From NCBI GenBank assembly GCA_013239625.1, contig MU053493.1, positions 1,125,793 through 1,189,792 of the forward strand: a stretch of 64,000 nt of DNA, read 5' to 3'. Of the stretch, positions 49,276-62,720 are shown piece by piece. How positions within the stretch are numbered: position 1 is the stretch's first letter; every line of letters starts with the position of its first letter. The notes under the pieces are model-generated. The model saw only the letters and a list, made by a program, of their open reading frames with translations, made no database searches and had not been told where the DNA came from. The stretch comes from Lama guanicoe. Its lineage: Eukaryota. The position numbers were made by a program, and so were the translations under genes.

Positions 49276-51890
49276 TATTTACTCTTGGAAGATTTGAAAG
49301 GGTCATGCATCAGTATAAAATGTCCCCAGGTGTCCCCGTTACATCTTGAACTTTCTCTGAGTCTTATCACCTCTGCAAACCCAACACATGTGCAGCCCAG
49401 TCCACCCAGAAGGGATGTCAGACCTGCTAAGCCTCCTGCTTCCTCATCGTAGCCTGAGGGGAGGGCGGGGGCAGGCTCTGCGGTGTCCCCTCCCAGCTAG
49501 GAACCGTGGGGCGGCCTCAGCATTTTATTGATGCTGTCTCTGCATTTAATTTTTTGCAAAGTTGTGCTGCCGGTGGCTTTGTGTCATCTCATTCATTCAG
49601 CAGACGTTTTGTCTCGACATTCTCTTTCTCATGAAAGTAGCAAATACCCTTTGGAAGAATACCCATTGGAGAAGAAGCCACCGTGTGCAAAGAACGGTTC
49701 TTCGGGTTTGCTTTCCTCTCCACCTGATGGCATTATTTCTTGAACCTTTTCCATGTACATTACTAGACATCATTAAACCAAGGTTTCTGTGGCCACATGG
49801 CGCTGCATTGGCTGAACGTGCTGTAGTCGGGGAACCGATCATCGACCGAGGGCTCCCCGTGGGCTGGGCGCCGGCTCTGCGGTGGACAGGCTCCAGGTGG
49901 AGCAATGGGTTGTGGCAGGTCACCGCACACAAGAGAGCCCGTTCTTGGTCCTGACAGAGTTCTCCTTTTGGTCCCGTTTTTCGGGGGTTCAAGGGCCTCT
50001 TGCTGGTTTTACACAGATCTCTGTCATCCACGATCATTCCAGCTTTCTGAACTTAGTCACTAGCAGTAAACCCAAAGATCTGGTGATTCCACATCCTTCC
50101 CCCACGAGCCTCCAAAATAAAAGACCTTTTGGGCCACAAGACAGAACAGCGCCCACCCGGTGGGGCCAACTCAGCCCACCCAGAGAGGTGGAGTGGCTCA
50201 GATTCCTAAAATCAGGATTCCTGGGGATTTGAATTGTGAAATATGGAAGAAGTCAGGCACCTGGGGCTGAGAGGAGAGGCCGAGAAGATGGGAGCTAGAG
50301 AGAGTCTGGAGGGACTGCAACCAATCCCTGGAGGGCCGCAGGGAAGAGTGGACCAGAGCAGCAGCACTGCAGGGGCAAGAGGCAGGAGAGCCAGTCCCAC
50401 AGAGGCAGAGCCAGGGCTGGGAATGAGGAGCGGGAGGGAGCACTCTCCCCTCCCTCCCCCAGCCCCTCCCTCTCTCCTCCTCCCTCTGCTCCGGGGCCTC
50501 TTCTGTTTCGCCCCACCCCCGAGTGGAGAGGTCCAGGGCAGGTGGGGCAGGGTGTGTGCAGACCTCAGGGCAGCAGATGCATGCTTGCTGTCCAGGGTGG
50601 TGGAGAAGGATGACCTATCCTAGAGCCCTGCTTTGTGAAATTAATATTGTTTGAAAGCAGGCAGGAAGATGGGAACGGGAGGGATATTGTGGGCTGTCTC
50701 AGGAGCCCAGCACTGAGCCTTCCTGCAGGCCGTGAAGGGAGAGAGCGTGTGCAGGAAACTGGACGCCTGGCTTGCAGTGGGAAAGCAGGGTCTCTGGGCT
50801 TCACATGTGCTGCTCTGTAAGTGGTGGCCCCGTCCAGTGAGGCAACAGTGAGACCACAGATGGCACCCTAGTCGGTGAGCAGGGCCCCGAGTGCACCTGC
50901 AGGACATGTGGGAGATGAGCAGGTGGTCCCTGCCCCCGGCCTCCTTCCACGGGGCTCGCCTGTCTACCTGGTGCTAGCTCTGTCCTTCGTGCAAGGCTGG
51001 GAGGGTTTAATTTGGAATTTAGTATTTCTTACTTAGCAAAGCAAACTGTATGAATCTTTAACCCTTGGGGGGGACCCTCTGTGGTCCCATAAGTTCTGGG
51101 AGTCCGCAGGCTGTGTGTCAGGACCCCAGGAGACAGGCAGATGCGGCTGTATCAGGTTGGAGAGGCCCCAGAAAGTCACTGGGAAGGGGGGCTGTGGAAC
51201 TATTTGTGGCTCCTGGTTTCCTTTTCTGTTGCGTTTTGTGCTGTGGGATGGGGGCCTGGACCACCAGAGGTCAGAGGGTTCAGACAGAGGGGTCTCTTCC
51301 TCAGGGGTCCTGACAGGGAGAGGCCTCGCAGGAGGCAGGGGTGGGCCCTTCTCCCTGTCCCCGTGGCCCCGGCTCAGGGCCTGAGGGTAAAGGAGAACTC
51401 GGGTCCTTGTGAAAGATGTTTCCAGGGGACTGAGCAGGTGACGGAGGGTCAGCACAGAGAGGATTAACTGGCTCTGATTTGGAAGCTCCGGGGTGTGTCC
51501 CGCTCACCGCTGGGCTGGGCTGTCGTCAGGCCATGTGTCAGCTGGAGCTCCGTGACCCCAGGACCTCCCAGCCTGTAGAGCAGCCTTGGTGCGAGCTCGG
51601 ACCACCCACCCCCTCTGCCCTGGGGCGGAGGATGCTCCCGGGCCTCACACTGCATGGGACGGGCTGGCCCTGCCTATCCTTAAACTGTTTTGTTTGAGTC
51701 ACAGGACAGAAATAAATAAACAGGCCAAAAAGGATGACTGTGACACAGCCAGGGTTTGTGCGCTGTCGCCAAGCCCAGCAAGGGCCCATCTGCGACGCTG
51801 GGCAGATGTTTGCAGAAAACGCGGTCTTTGCCTGCCGGAAGCCTGTCAAGTGGACACGGTACCGACTTTCGTTTTCAGTTGTAAATTTTT

Positions 51891-51986
51891 GTTACATTCC
51901 TTTTTTTTCTCTTTATTTCTTTTTGAAGTATAGTTGATTTACAATGTTGTGTTAGTTTCTGGTGTACAGCAAAATGATTTAGTTAT

Positions 51987-52030
<44 letters not shown>

Positions 52031-52316
52031 TCCTTTTCACATTCTTTTTCATTATAGGCTATTACAAGGTATTGAATATAGTTCCCTGTGCTGTACAGTA
52101 GGACCTTGCTGTTTATCTATTTTATATATACTAGTTAGTATTTGCAAACCGCAAACTCCCAATTTATTCCTGCACCCCTGTTCTGGTTTGGTAACCATAA
52201 GTTTGTTTTCTATGCCTATGAGTCTGTTTCTTTTTTGTAAATAAGTTCATTTGTATCATAGTTCAGATTCCACACATAAGTGATATCATATGGTATTTGT
52301 CTTTCTCTAACCTTGA
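51891..52316 (-). mobile_element. Young L1 3' end (antisense) with TSD and (GT)n
   Basis: TSD AGTTGTAMATTTTT (51877-51890 / 52317-52330). Confidence 0.9.
51989..52022. repeat. (GT)n microsatellite
   Basis: About 17 GT units. Confidence 0.95.
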
Positions 52317-54371
52317 AGTTGTACATTTTTAAAGAGCTGGACACCTAGCACAGGCAGAAAGAAATCCCCATCAGAACATGTTTTGAAGAGAGCAGATTGA
52401 TGAAGGCCGCATTGTAGTTTTTATTTTCAAGGAAAATCTTTTGAAAATTCCCACGGAGGCTGGAAGCTTCCAAGAGAAATCCCCCCAGGAGATGGTGAGA
52501 TTTGATTCCATGGCCCTTGGGCATTTTTCTAGGATATTATCCCCCTCAGCTGTCAGGTGGGTGGTCCTGGGGGACGGGGGTCAGGGCGGCCAGGCATGGA
52601 TGGCCTCTCTTTCCTTGTTTCCCTGGTTGCATGAGGCCTGAGGTCTGCACAGCCATGGTGTGAGGTTGGACATGTACCCAGGTCTCCAGGTTAGACATCC
52701 TTAGCGCCCTCCTTCAGGTACCAGAAGCATTAATTGCAATGCATGTCATATTAGCGTTTGGGATCTTTGGGGGCAGGTAGCAAAGGTAAACCCCTCTTTG
52801 GGAACGCAGTGAGTTTGGGGTTCTCTTCTGTTCCACTGTTGCTTAAGTCATGAGAGACCTGCTTTAAGTAGGGAAGCAACTATGTCATCTACAGGCGCGC
52901 TCCCGGCACTAAGTAGGTCAGGGTTTTGTCACAGTTTTGACGAGATCACAGGTGAGTCATTGCAAATTTGGAGAGTCACGAATCTTGTCAGAATCTGAAG
53001 TACATTTGCAGACAGCCTGCCTGAGTTCCTGGCCTGTGGAGTGTCCTCTCATTCCCCACTACCTCCACCCAGTGAGGCACAGTCTCGGCTGAAACCAGCC
53101 TCAGAGGGCAGGGTGCCCGGTGCGCCCCCCCGGGACTTGCCCTCACTGCTGGTGGAGGACAGTCCGTCCCCTTGCCTGCTGGGCTGGCAGGAAAAACCAA
53201 GTCCTGGGAGCGGACGAGAGCATCACCCCCGCTCCCTGACTTACAGCTTTTCCTACAAGCACAGCCTCATGCAGGCAGGTGCACAGCAAGAGCGCACAGT
53301 TTGACCAATGTTCACAAACTGAGCGCACCCCTGTAACCACGCCCAGATCCGGACACAGATCACACCACCACCTGGGAACCGCTGTCCTCAGGCCACAGAC
53401 TCGCAGGATGGCTGCCCTGGAACATGGCTTCTGCTGGACCCTCAGTTGCATTTCTCTGGGGGCCTACCTGGGAGGGAAGGTGCTGGGTCCCAGGGGTGCT
53501 GAGCTTCTGTTGAGGAGATGCTCCGGCTTTCTGAGAAGGCACTCTCCCCAGCAGGCAGAAGCCAGGATGAGGTTTTCCAGGTAGAGCGAGTCACGTGACG
53601 ATGGCAGTAGAGTTCATTTGGGTTGATACGAGTTCAGGTGAGGATCTAAAGGCACTTCAGGAAGCAGTTATTCTTCCTCATCTGGGAGGAGAGGGTTGGT
53701 CTTTGTAGAGGTGACTTCTGCATTGAAAGGAGAAATTTGCATTCCAGCGTCTGCTTGTGCGGGTTTTTCTCGCTACGCTCAGATGACCTCGTCCACCTGC
53801 CCTGACAAGCCCACTCCGGGCGGGGGATGGAGCACAACTGAAGCCCAGCTTTGGTCAGCTTTGCCTCTCACAGCCCCTGAGATGAGGCGAGCAGGGAGTG
53901 TTACCTCTTGCCACAGATGATGCAACTGAAGGTCAAGTACTTGGTCCCAGGTCTCAACCTATGAAAAGGGGGCCTGGCCTCTAACTTCTGGCTACAAACC
54001 CCATGATACTCTGCCTCATGCCAGCCCCCTCCTCTGGTAGCAGAGAATTTAAAGGTGTGCTTTATTTTACAGCAATTATTAGTCGATTTAGCTAAGCATC
54101 TGGCTCCTTTGGGCTGGGCCAGGTTGTGCCTACGACCTTGATCCTGCACACGTGATGGTAAACCTCATGGTGGTGGCGGCAGGACAGACTCATCCGTCAG
54201 GTGGTCCCATCAGTGTGAAGCCGTCGCAAGCCTGTCACTTTGGGTGTCCCTTGATGTGCTAGTTCGTACAGATGCTAAAAAGTTATTTTAGGAAATTCAG
54301 GTAATGGGCTGTAGTCAGTCAAGTAATGTGGAAGCTAAATCTTCGAGGACATTTTGGCAGTGGTACAGATT

Positions 54372-55074
54372 CTTTTAAAATTGAAGTATAGTTGATTTAC
54401 GATGTTGTGTTAGTTTCTGGTGTACAGCATAGCGATTCAATCATATAAATATATATATATATATATATTTCTTCTTCTTCTTTTTCATTATAGGTTATTA
54501 CCAGCTATTGAATATAGTTCCCTGTGCTATACAGTCGGACCTTGTTGTTTATCTATTTTATATATATGGTAGTTTGTATCTGTTAATCCTCAGTTCCCAA
54601 TTTATCCCTTCCCCCCTTTCCCCGTTGATAACCATGTTTATTTTCTATGTCTGTGAGTCTGCTTCTGTTTTATAAATAAGTTCATATGTGTTATATTTTT
54701 AGATTCCACATATAAGCAATATCATATGATATTTGTCTGTCTCTGTCTGACTTACTTCACTTAGTATGATAATCTCTGGGTCCGTCCAGGTTGTTGCAAA
54801 TGGCATTATTTCATCATCTTTTGTGGCTGAGTAGTATTGCATTGTATAAATGTACCACAGCTTCTTTACCCAGTCATCTGTTGATGGACATTTAGGTTGT
54901 TTCCATATCTTGGCTATTGTAAATAGTGCTACTGTGAATATTGGGGTGGATGTATCTTTTCGAATTAGAGTTTATCCTCTGGATATATGCCCAGGAGTGG
55001 GATTGCTGGATCATATGGTAACTCTATTTTTAGTTTTTTAAGAAACCTTCATACTGTTTTCCTTAGTGGCTGCA
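54372..55074 (-). mobile_element. Young L1 3' end (antisense) with TSD
   Basis: TSD TGGCAGWGGTAYAGATT (54355-54371 / 55075-55091); includes the antisense ORF2 C-terminal region. Confidence 0.9.
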
Positions 55075-56199
55075 TGGCAGAGGTATAGATTTTAATATCT
55101 CCTTTTCATGTATAATATTCTCTTAAACCTAAGAGTTAACCTTTAAAGTGTATTTTCCAAAGCTACTGATGTCTATTAAAGGAAGGAATAAATAGACTGA
55201 GGAATAGTCCAGTTAACCTCTCGTATGTCTGCCATTCAAGAAGCTTGATCGCCTCCAAAATATTAACTGCCTTTGATAGTTCTGCTGGAAAACAGACTTC
55301 TGTTGTTTACAGGGTGAGCTTTGAGCTATAATTGCTTAATATTCTGTCAAATTATTTCAGAAACTGCTACATGTATCTTGAAATCTTTAACGGGGAAATA
55401 CCGGTTAAACTTAGTTAGGTTTATTATCAAAAGAGATTTTCTTTCCTGAAAACAGTTGAGTTCAGATCTGACCAGGTTAAAGAGCTAAAAACATAAAACA
55501 ACAACAATAAAAATAACCCCCAAATTTGTTTTTTTTTTTAACTCAGTAAAACAACTTCCTGTGTCATTTATCATTTTGTATCTGTGTAACTGATACAAAT
55601 CGTATCACTCCCAGGTAAGCAAATTAAGACTCTGTTTAAGGATCCCAGCCTTGATGTGAGAGTTGATTTCCCGTGTCAGCCCCAAGCTGTTTGTCTCTTT
55701 TTTTCAAAAAATGTGGATGCTTTATTTAGTACCTAAGAATCCTGCAGGAGACACACTAGTTCCTCACCCTGGTGGCAAGAAACCAGGTGTCAGTGACCAG
55801 GGCTCCAGAGACACTGGGCTGGGTTTCTTCTTTGGCCTTTACATCCAACCATGTGCACTGAATTTCAAATTTCTGTGCTGTCACAGTTTTAAAACACCAT
55901 CCCATTGACTGGTGATGGTAAGTTCCCCTGGCACGTGGCGTCTGTGAAGGGGTGTCAGCCCCGTGTGTATGCCTGCAACCCACCTCCCCAGGCCTCCTGT
56001 CACCCTCCTTGGTTCTGTGCCAAGCAGATGCCAGTGCAGCTTCAGGAAGGGCTGTGTCTCTAGGAGGGTGTTTGGCTCCACTGTCTTAAAGCCTCAGATC
56101 AGGGTGTATCCCCTTCAGAGTCCAAATTAAAATCCCTCATCCCATTGGTCACCCTGTTTCGTCTGGTCCAAGGAACCTCAGTGTACTGACAGTCCTTCC

Positions 56200-57400
56200 T
56201 CCCTTGAGCTGTCTTTTCACCTTCAGCAGAATCAGTTGCCTGTACTTATATGGGTCTATTTCTGTTTGTTTTGTTCTGATTTCTGTCCCACTTATCTCGG
56301 TGTCTGTCCTTCTGCTAATGATTCACTGCAGCATCGTAGTAAGCCTTAGTCTCAAGTACAGCGATGCCTCTCATTGCATTCTTCTTTTTCAAAATTATTT
56401 TAGCTATTCCAGTCCCTTTGCCTTTCCATAAACATTTTAGAATAAGCCTGTCTGTATCTATTAAAAACAGGTTGCAGGGATTTCAGTGGGAATTTGGACA
56501 TAATTGACATCTTTACCACATTGAGTCTTCTAACCCATGAACACGGTCTGTCTGTCCATTTATTTAGATCTTCTTTGATTTCTTTCATCATCATTTCACA
56601 GCCTTAGTGTATGCCTCGTACATGCTTTCTTCAATGTAGACCTAAGCGTTTTATTTTATCTGGTTGTAAATCATCTTGTGTTTTTCAGTTTCCCCAAGTG
56701 CCTTGCTAGGATATGGGATTGCTGTTGATTTTTGTATGTTGATCTCATGTCCTGTGACCTTGCTGAATTTATTTAGTTCTAGGAGGTTTTCTGTAGATTC
56801 CTTAGGATGTTCCATGTAGACCACTTCATTATCTGCAAATAGCTTTATTTCTGCTTTTTCAACCTATATGCCTTTTATTTTACTTTCATGCCTTATTGCA
56901 CGTGCTGGAACCATGACTGTGTTGAATAGCAATGGTCAGAGGAGGCATCCTTTCTTGTTCCTGATCTTAAGGAGAAAGCATTTAGTTTTTGGCCATTAAT
57001 TATAACAGAAGCTGGGGGTTTTTCTTAGATGCCCCTTCCTCAGTCTGAGACAGTCCCTTTGTATTCCTAGTTTGCTGAGTATTTTATTGTGATTGTACAT
57101 TGGATTTTGTCAAATGTTTTTTCAGAGGCAATTGATGTGACCCTGTGGTTTTACATTTAGTCTGTTAAAATGGGGAGGGGGGTATGTTGCTTGGTTTTGA
57201 ATATTGAACTAGGCTTGCATCCCTGGAATAAAGCTCGCTTGTCATGGTGTGTGATGTTTTTAGACATTGCTAGATTTTGTTTGCTAATATCTTGTGGAGG
57301 TTTGTTCTATCTCTGTTCATGAGGGATGTTGGTACTTTTTTGTATAGTCTTTGGCTGATTTGGGTCTCGTGGTAGTACTGGCCTCAGAAAATCAGTTAGA
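56200..57400 (-). mobile_element. Old L1 ORF2 fragment (antisense)
   Basis: The minus-strand ORF reads [29 protein letters not shown], an L1 ORF2 motif; flanks show decayed RT-region similarity. Confidence 0.85.
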
Positions 57401-58080
57401 TAATATAATTCTTAGTAAGCCTTTTTTTATGAAAGGAATTGTGAGTTAAATGTTGCACTACAATTTTTTAGATATGCTCAGTCTAAAATGGTATACATTC
57501 ATGAGAAGTACAAAAAAGAAAAACAAAGTACTTCAGAAGACCTGAAAAGTGATTAAGTTATACAAGTAACCTCTTCTAGGTTCTGAAATATCCTGTCCCA
57601 GAGAGAATTGGGAAAGACAACATCTGTACTGTAATTCTGCACTAGGGAAAGTATTTAAACATTTCAGCGCCAAATACCACCTTTGGAATTTGCCTGAAAT
57701 ATGTGTCTTGAATAAGAGGAAAATTATAAAACAATGCTGAGTTTCGGGGAAAAAAAGGATTTTGGTTTTGGTTTTGCAGTACAGTAATGCCATCATGAAG
57801 AAAATGTCTACTTGGCCACCTGAACTCATATATGTAATATTTAAATCTAGGTCCAAAAATAATAGGTCAGTTTGGAAAACAAAGAGGAAAATATAATTAA
57901 AAAAAATAATGAAACAGTAACCACATTTCTTGTCAATCACAACCAGCCCTGGGGGCACTGGACTAACCATTTACAGTGAAAACTGGGTGACTTTTTCCCT
58001 TGTTCTGTGTTGCTTTCACCATTGTAGCTGGTGGCCAGCGGGGAGGGTTTTAGGCAGGTCAGACAAGTTTGTGCTTCCTC

Positions 58081-58268
58081 TACAGCTGCCAGATGTAGCA
58101 AACAGAAATGTAGGCTGCCTGTTAAATTTGAATTTCAGATAAATAATGGATAATGTTTTTGTAGGAGTTTGTCCCAACTAGTGCATGGGACGTACTTATG
58201 GAAAACATTCATTGCTTATCTGAAATGCCTGTCTAACCAGACACCCTGTTTTTCATCTGGCAGCCCAG
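58081..58268. mobile_element. MER53-like palindromic hAT MITE
   Basis: GCTGCCAGAT...TTAAATTTGAATTTCAGATAA...GTCCCA/TGGGAC...TTATCTGAAAT...ATCTGGCAGC fold-back structure. Confidence 0.8.
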
Positions 58269-59321
58269 GTGTTTTCCATATTTTTTTCTGTAGTTTGAAC
58301 CTCACTTATTTTCAGTCAAGGCAGGAGTGCAAGAAGTTACGGACAATGTCACAATTCTGTACTGGTGGTTTTATTTAGTGTCAGACAGGTGTCTTTTCCT
58401 GACAGGTGAACCTGATGGCGGACCTCGTGTGAGATTTAGTGTTTTTTTCTGTCCTGGGTGCTCATGTCAGGGTGGTCAGTCCTGGGCAAGGGTCCCACCC
58501 CTCTGAGTACCAGTTTGTGCCCTGCACCCCCGAGGCCCCCGCACCCCCTCCCCAATCTGCAGTGATCTCACTTTGTTCTCTTGCCAGCATCTAATGTTTC
58601 AAAAAGATTCTTACTCATCAACATGTTCCCAGTTCAGTCCTGTTTGCAGTTACACTCAGGATGCTGCCTAAATCAGTGTCTGTGCATCGCAGATTCACAC
58701 TGTGTTTTACATGCTCCTGGGTCAGACAAGCAGAAATAGAGTTGAGCTGTTGTGTGCTTTGCTTGAATGGGCCACTGTGGTAAGCTTTGTCCTGACATAC
58801 CTATAGTCCCTGTGGTAAATGGTTGGTCTGCAAAGCTCTAAAGAACTTCTGTCAACACCCTGAGGTTTCAGATACCAACAGGAGGAGGCCTCCTTGGGAG
58901 AGAGCTCTTAGCAGCTGTCCTGCTGTCTCTCTTTACAGCAGCACTGGTCCCTGGAGTCCCCTGTCCGGCCCTCTCCTGCTTTCACTCTGTTCTAGGCAGC
59001 TGGCAGAACCACGGTGCAAACTTGAACCTCTTTGCTGTGGACAGAGTTCTTGTATCTGTTAGAATTCGTTTCATCCTGGAGGAAGGAAATGTCCTGACTC
59101 TTGTTTGTATTTTTGGCTGGTTTTAGGACATGTGAAGTTGTTAGAACCACAACTCTGCTAGAGACAAAGCTAAAGAGAATTACTCTTGTAAGGGCCAAAT
59201 AATGTCAAATCAGGAAAAAAAAAGCATTATAGGCATTATAGCCCCCACACCCCGCCATGGTCTTCCTGTTTCATTTATAAGATATCAAAGAACGTGGGAT
59301 CTGGAGGGGAGTGAGTTGGGG

Positions 59322-59838
59322 TGTTACCGAGTCCAAGCTCACATTGCTCACCGCACAATAGGCCAATAAATCGGGAGATGAGGTGTTGGGGCCAGGAATA
59401 GCAACTTTATTCAGAAACCCGGTAGACCAAGAAGGTGGGGGACTAATGTCCTGGAGGACCATCTTCTCCAAGTCAGAATTTAGGTTCCTTTATACTAAAA
59501 AGGGGAGGGGGTGTATTGGTTGTTGAAAACTTTTTGGTGTCAGAATCCTTTGTTCTTGTAGCTGTCCACGAGGGTCAGGTCATGGTGTCCCTTTAAACCT
59601 CCAACAAGACAAATGTCCTTCTCTCTTCTGCAAGTTTTTATCTTTATGTGAATGGGAAGGTGTTATGCCCTTAAAGGTCACAGCCTTGAGAATGGGCTTT
59701 CCTGTATATTTCAGGCTCTAGGCAACATTGTTTTACAAAAGGTCCAGAACCAGCAAGACTAACCCCAGGAAACAGAGCACAGAGTTAGAGCTAAAGGAAC
59801 AGCTCTAATGTGGAGTCAGATTGTTCTTCCCTGTTACA
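59322..59838 (-). mobile_element. ERV1-type solo LTR (517 bp), distinct subfamily
   Basis: TGTTACCG...CTGTTACA termini; TSD GGGG; minus-strand AATAAA at 59406-59411. Confidence 0.9.
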
Positions 59839-60629
59839 GGGGTACCCCCAATAGCAAGGCAACATAGGGTCATTTTCTTCATGCCTTGTGAAAACTGAGC
59901 TTGCTGCTCAAGTTTGTAATTGGTTCTCAGATTTCTGCAGTTTCCAACTAAATTCACTTAGAATACAGGTTGAAATATTCTCTGTGATGGGCTATTTTAT
60001 TCACTCAAAATACAGCAGTGAGAAATTCAATCATTGCTAATATCTCTGGAATTCTCAGGATATTTAAATCTGGCCAAGTTCTGAAAATGTCAAGAAATTT
60101 TAAGTATAACAGTTTTGTATTGACTTAAATATGTTTTATAGGTAATTTGCATAAGCATGTATTTCCTAAGAATCGATCTTTCAATGCTCAGAACGTATAT
60201 TTTCCTACAATTCTGGAGTTATAATAGGAAGGAAGAAATTTGCCACAGTTCTCTTCCCATTTAGGGGAATGTTTCTGCAGCCGTTAAACCTGAATAAAGA
60301 TTCTTCCAAATGGAAATTGCTTCTTCTGTAAATACTTTCTGTTTATCAACTTCAACAGTTAAACCTAAAGAAACCACTCTGGTTTTTACTAGGAGTTATA
60401 CACGTATTTGCATTAAATACATGTTGACCAAACTTTGTGTGCACACGTGCAGGGGCCTCCTAGGGTCAGGTGTTCTGTTGGCATGGCCCCCTTGGCTCCC
60501 CAGGTCTTCTACTCTGCCTCAGACCCCAACTGTGAGGCTCCCAGCCCTGCTGGGAAATCATGCTGTAAATAAGCCCTCTTTGTCTTCCCGTGGGAAAGAA
60601 GCTCAGAACTGCTTCCTTTTTAGGCAGCA

Positions 60630-61366
60630 TTAGGATATAATCTCACCTCTAGTAGGGTGGCTACCAACCCCCACCCAAAAAAGAACACCCCAGAAAGTAA
60701 CGCCTGTTGAGGCCAAGGTAGGGACAAATTGTAACCCTTGTGCACTGCTGGTGGGAGTATAAAATGGTACGGCTGCTGTGGAGGAATCGTGGTTCCTCAA
60801 AAAAATTAAAGTAGATTTACTGTATGATCCAGTAATCCTCCTTCCGGGTATGTACCCAAAGGAAGTAAAGGCAAGGACTCTAAAAGATATTTGTCCACCC
60901 ATAATCATAGCAGCAGCTTTCATGGTAGCCAAAAGGTGGACACATCCCAAGTGCCATTGACAGACGAACAGATTTTTAAACTATGGTATTTGCGTCAAAC
61001 GGAGTATCAGCCTTAAAAAGGAAGGAAATTCAGACACGTATTTACAGCACAGACGAACTCAGTGAATAAGGCTGTCACGACGGGACAAATGCTGTCTGAT
61101 CGCACTTATAGGAGGTCCCCAGAGGGGTCACATTCATAGGGACCGAAAGTAGGATGGTGGCAGCCAGGGGCAGGGGAGGGGAGGGAGGGCAGTCAGTGTT
61201 TTTTAGTAGGTATCGAGTTTCAGTTTGGGAAGATGAAAAAGTCCTGGAGATGAAAGGTGATGGTGGTCACACAACAGTATTAACATACTTAATGCCACCA
61301 AACTGTACACTTAGAAGTGGTTAAAATGGGAAAGTGTTATATGTGTTCTGCCAAAAATTTTAAAAA
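60630..61366 (+). mobile_element. L1MB-like ORF2 end and 3' UTR
   Basis: TGCACTGCTGGTGGGAGTATAAAATGGTAC; ORF fragment LLYDPVILLPGMYPKEVK; 3' AATGCCACCAAACTGTACACTTAGAAGTGGTTAAAATGG. Confidence 0.85.
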
Positions 61367-62499
61367 GTATCATGGATGTGTGCCTGTCTGGGGATCAAGG
61401 GCTGTCTTACTCCTTCCTGTGGGTCACTTACGACCCCCTCGGGCACTTCAGGCTCTGTTTCAGGTTACTGTGCCCTGAGCCCCCAAATGTTTGTGGGGCT
61501 TCCCGCCACTCAACAGTGGTGTGGCTGAGGGGCCCCCGGCGCAGGGGGCAGGACGCCTGGAGTACCTCCGGTTCACGCTGGAGGGAGGCGGCAGTCTAGA
61601 GTCTGAGCCTGTTGGCTCAACTTTTTCTTTTCCCGTTTTTTTTTGGAAGTGAAATGCTCAGATTGTGAGTGTGCTTTTAGATGAGTCTTGACAAAGGCAT
61701 GCATCTGTGTAATTCACACCCTTATCAAGATATGGAAGATGAACATTAACATCACATTAACATCAGAAAGTGCTCTCATGCCCTGAGAGCCCCCTCACCC
61801 CAGGCAGATGCTTGTTTGATTTCTCCTTCATTGATTGATCTTGCCTGTTCTGGAAGGTTCTGTGAAAGGAATCAGCCAGTAGGTGCTCACCTCCACTGGG
61901 TGTCATGTTTCTGTGATCCATCCGTGTGGCTGCTTTGTCGGTGGCGTCTTCCTTTCCCCTGCTGTCCCTGTCCTGTGGTCTCACTATGCCAGGGGTAGTT
62001 TGGCTGCTTTCTTGTTGCTGAGCTGCTGGGCTGTTCCCAGTTCGGGGCTCTTATGAATAAGGCTGCTGTGAAGGTTTTATACAAGGCGTTTTGTGGACAG
62101 ATGCTTTGTTTCTCTTAGGTTAACACCTAGGAATGGAACTCCTGGCAGGGTCATCGGGCAGCTCGTCAAAGCCCACCAGACCGTTTTGTACCTGCACCCA
62201 CAAGGCACCAGGGTCCTGGGGGCTGCGCATCCTTGCCAACATTTGGTACTGTCAGCTTTATTTCTTTTAAGATGTCCCGGGGGGGTTATCATCGGAGTGT
62301 TAATTTGCATTTCCCTGGCGACTAATGATACCCATGTTCCAACTCTTTTTATTCACTTTTTACTAGGTGGTTTGTCTTTATATTATTGAGTTGTAGCCAT
62401 GACTTTGATAAGCAGAATTTTTAAATGTTTATGTTCAGAATTTATGAAATGTTATGTTCATTTATGGTTATTGCTTTCTGTGTCCTAAAAAAGCTTTTT

Positions 62500-62643
62500 G
62501 GTAGGAAGTGTATAGCTCAGCAGTAGAACACGTGCTTAGCATGCACGAGGTCCTGGGTTCAATCCCCAGTACTTCCATAAAAAATTCCAAAAAATAAAAA
62601 AAATTAAAACCTAATTACCTCCCCCCTCCAAAAATAAGTAAAT
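62500..62643 (+). mobile_element. Vic-1-type SINE nested in an old L1
   Basis: GTATAGCTCAGCAGTAGAACACGTGCTTAGCATGCACGAGGTCCTGGGTTCAATCCCCAGTAC; approximate TSD AAA(G)CTTTTTG. Confidence 0.85.
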
Positions 62644-62720
62644 AAACTTTTGCCTACTGCAAATCACGAAGGTAGTCTCCTGTATTTCTTCTTGAAGTTC
62701 TGTCCCTCAGCTTTTACGTT

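Noticed and set aside
53552..53637. Possible internal UTR exon (CTCTCCCCAG acceptor, CAG|GTGAGG donor)
   Set aside because: The polypyrimidine tract is short and the site lies beside decayed L1. Such site pairs occur often by chance, and transcript data are needed.
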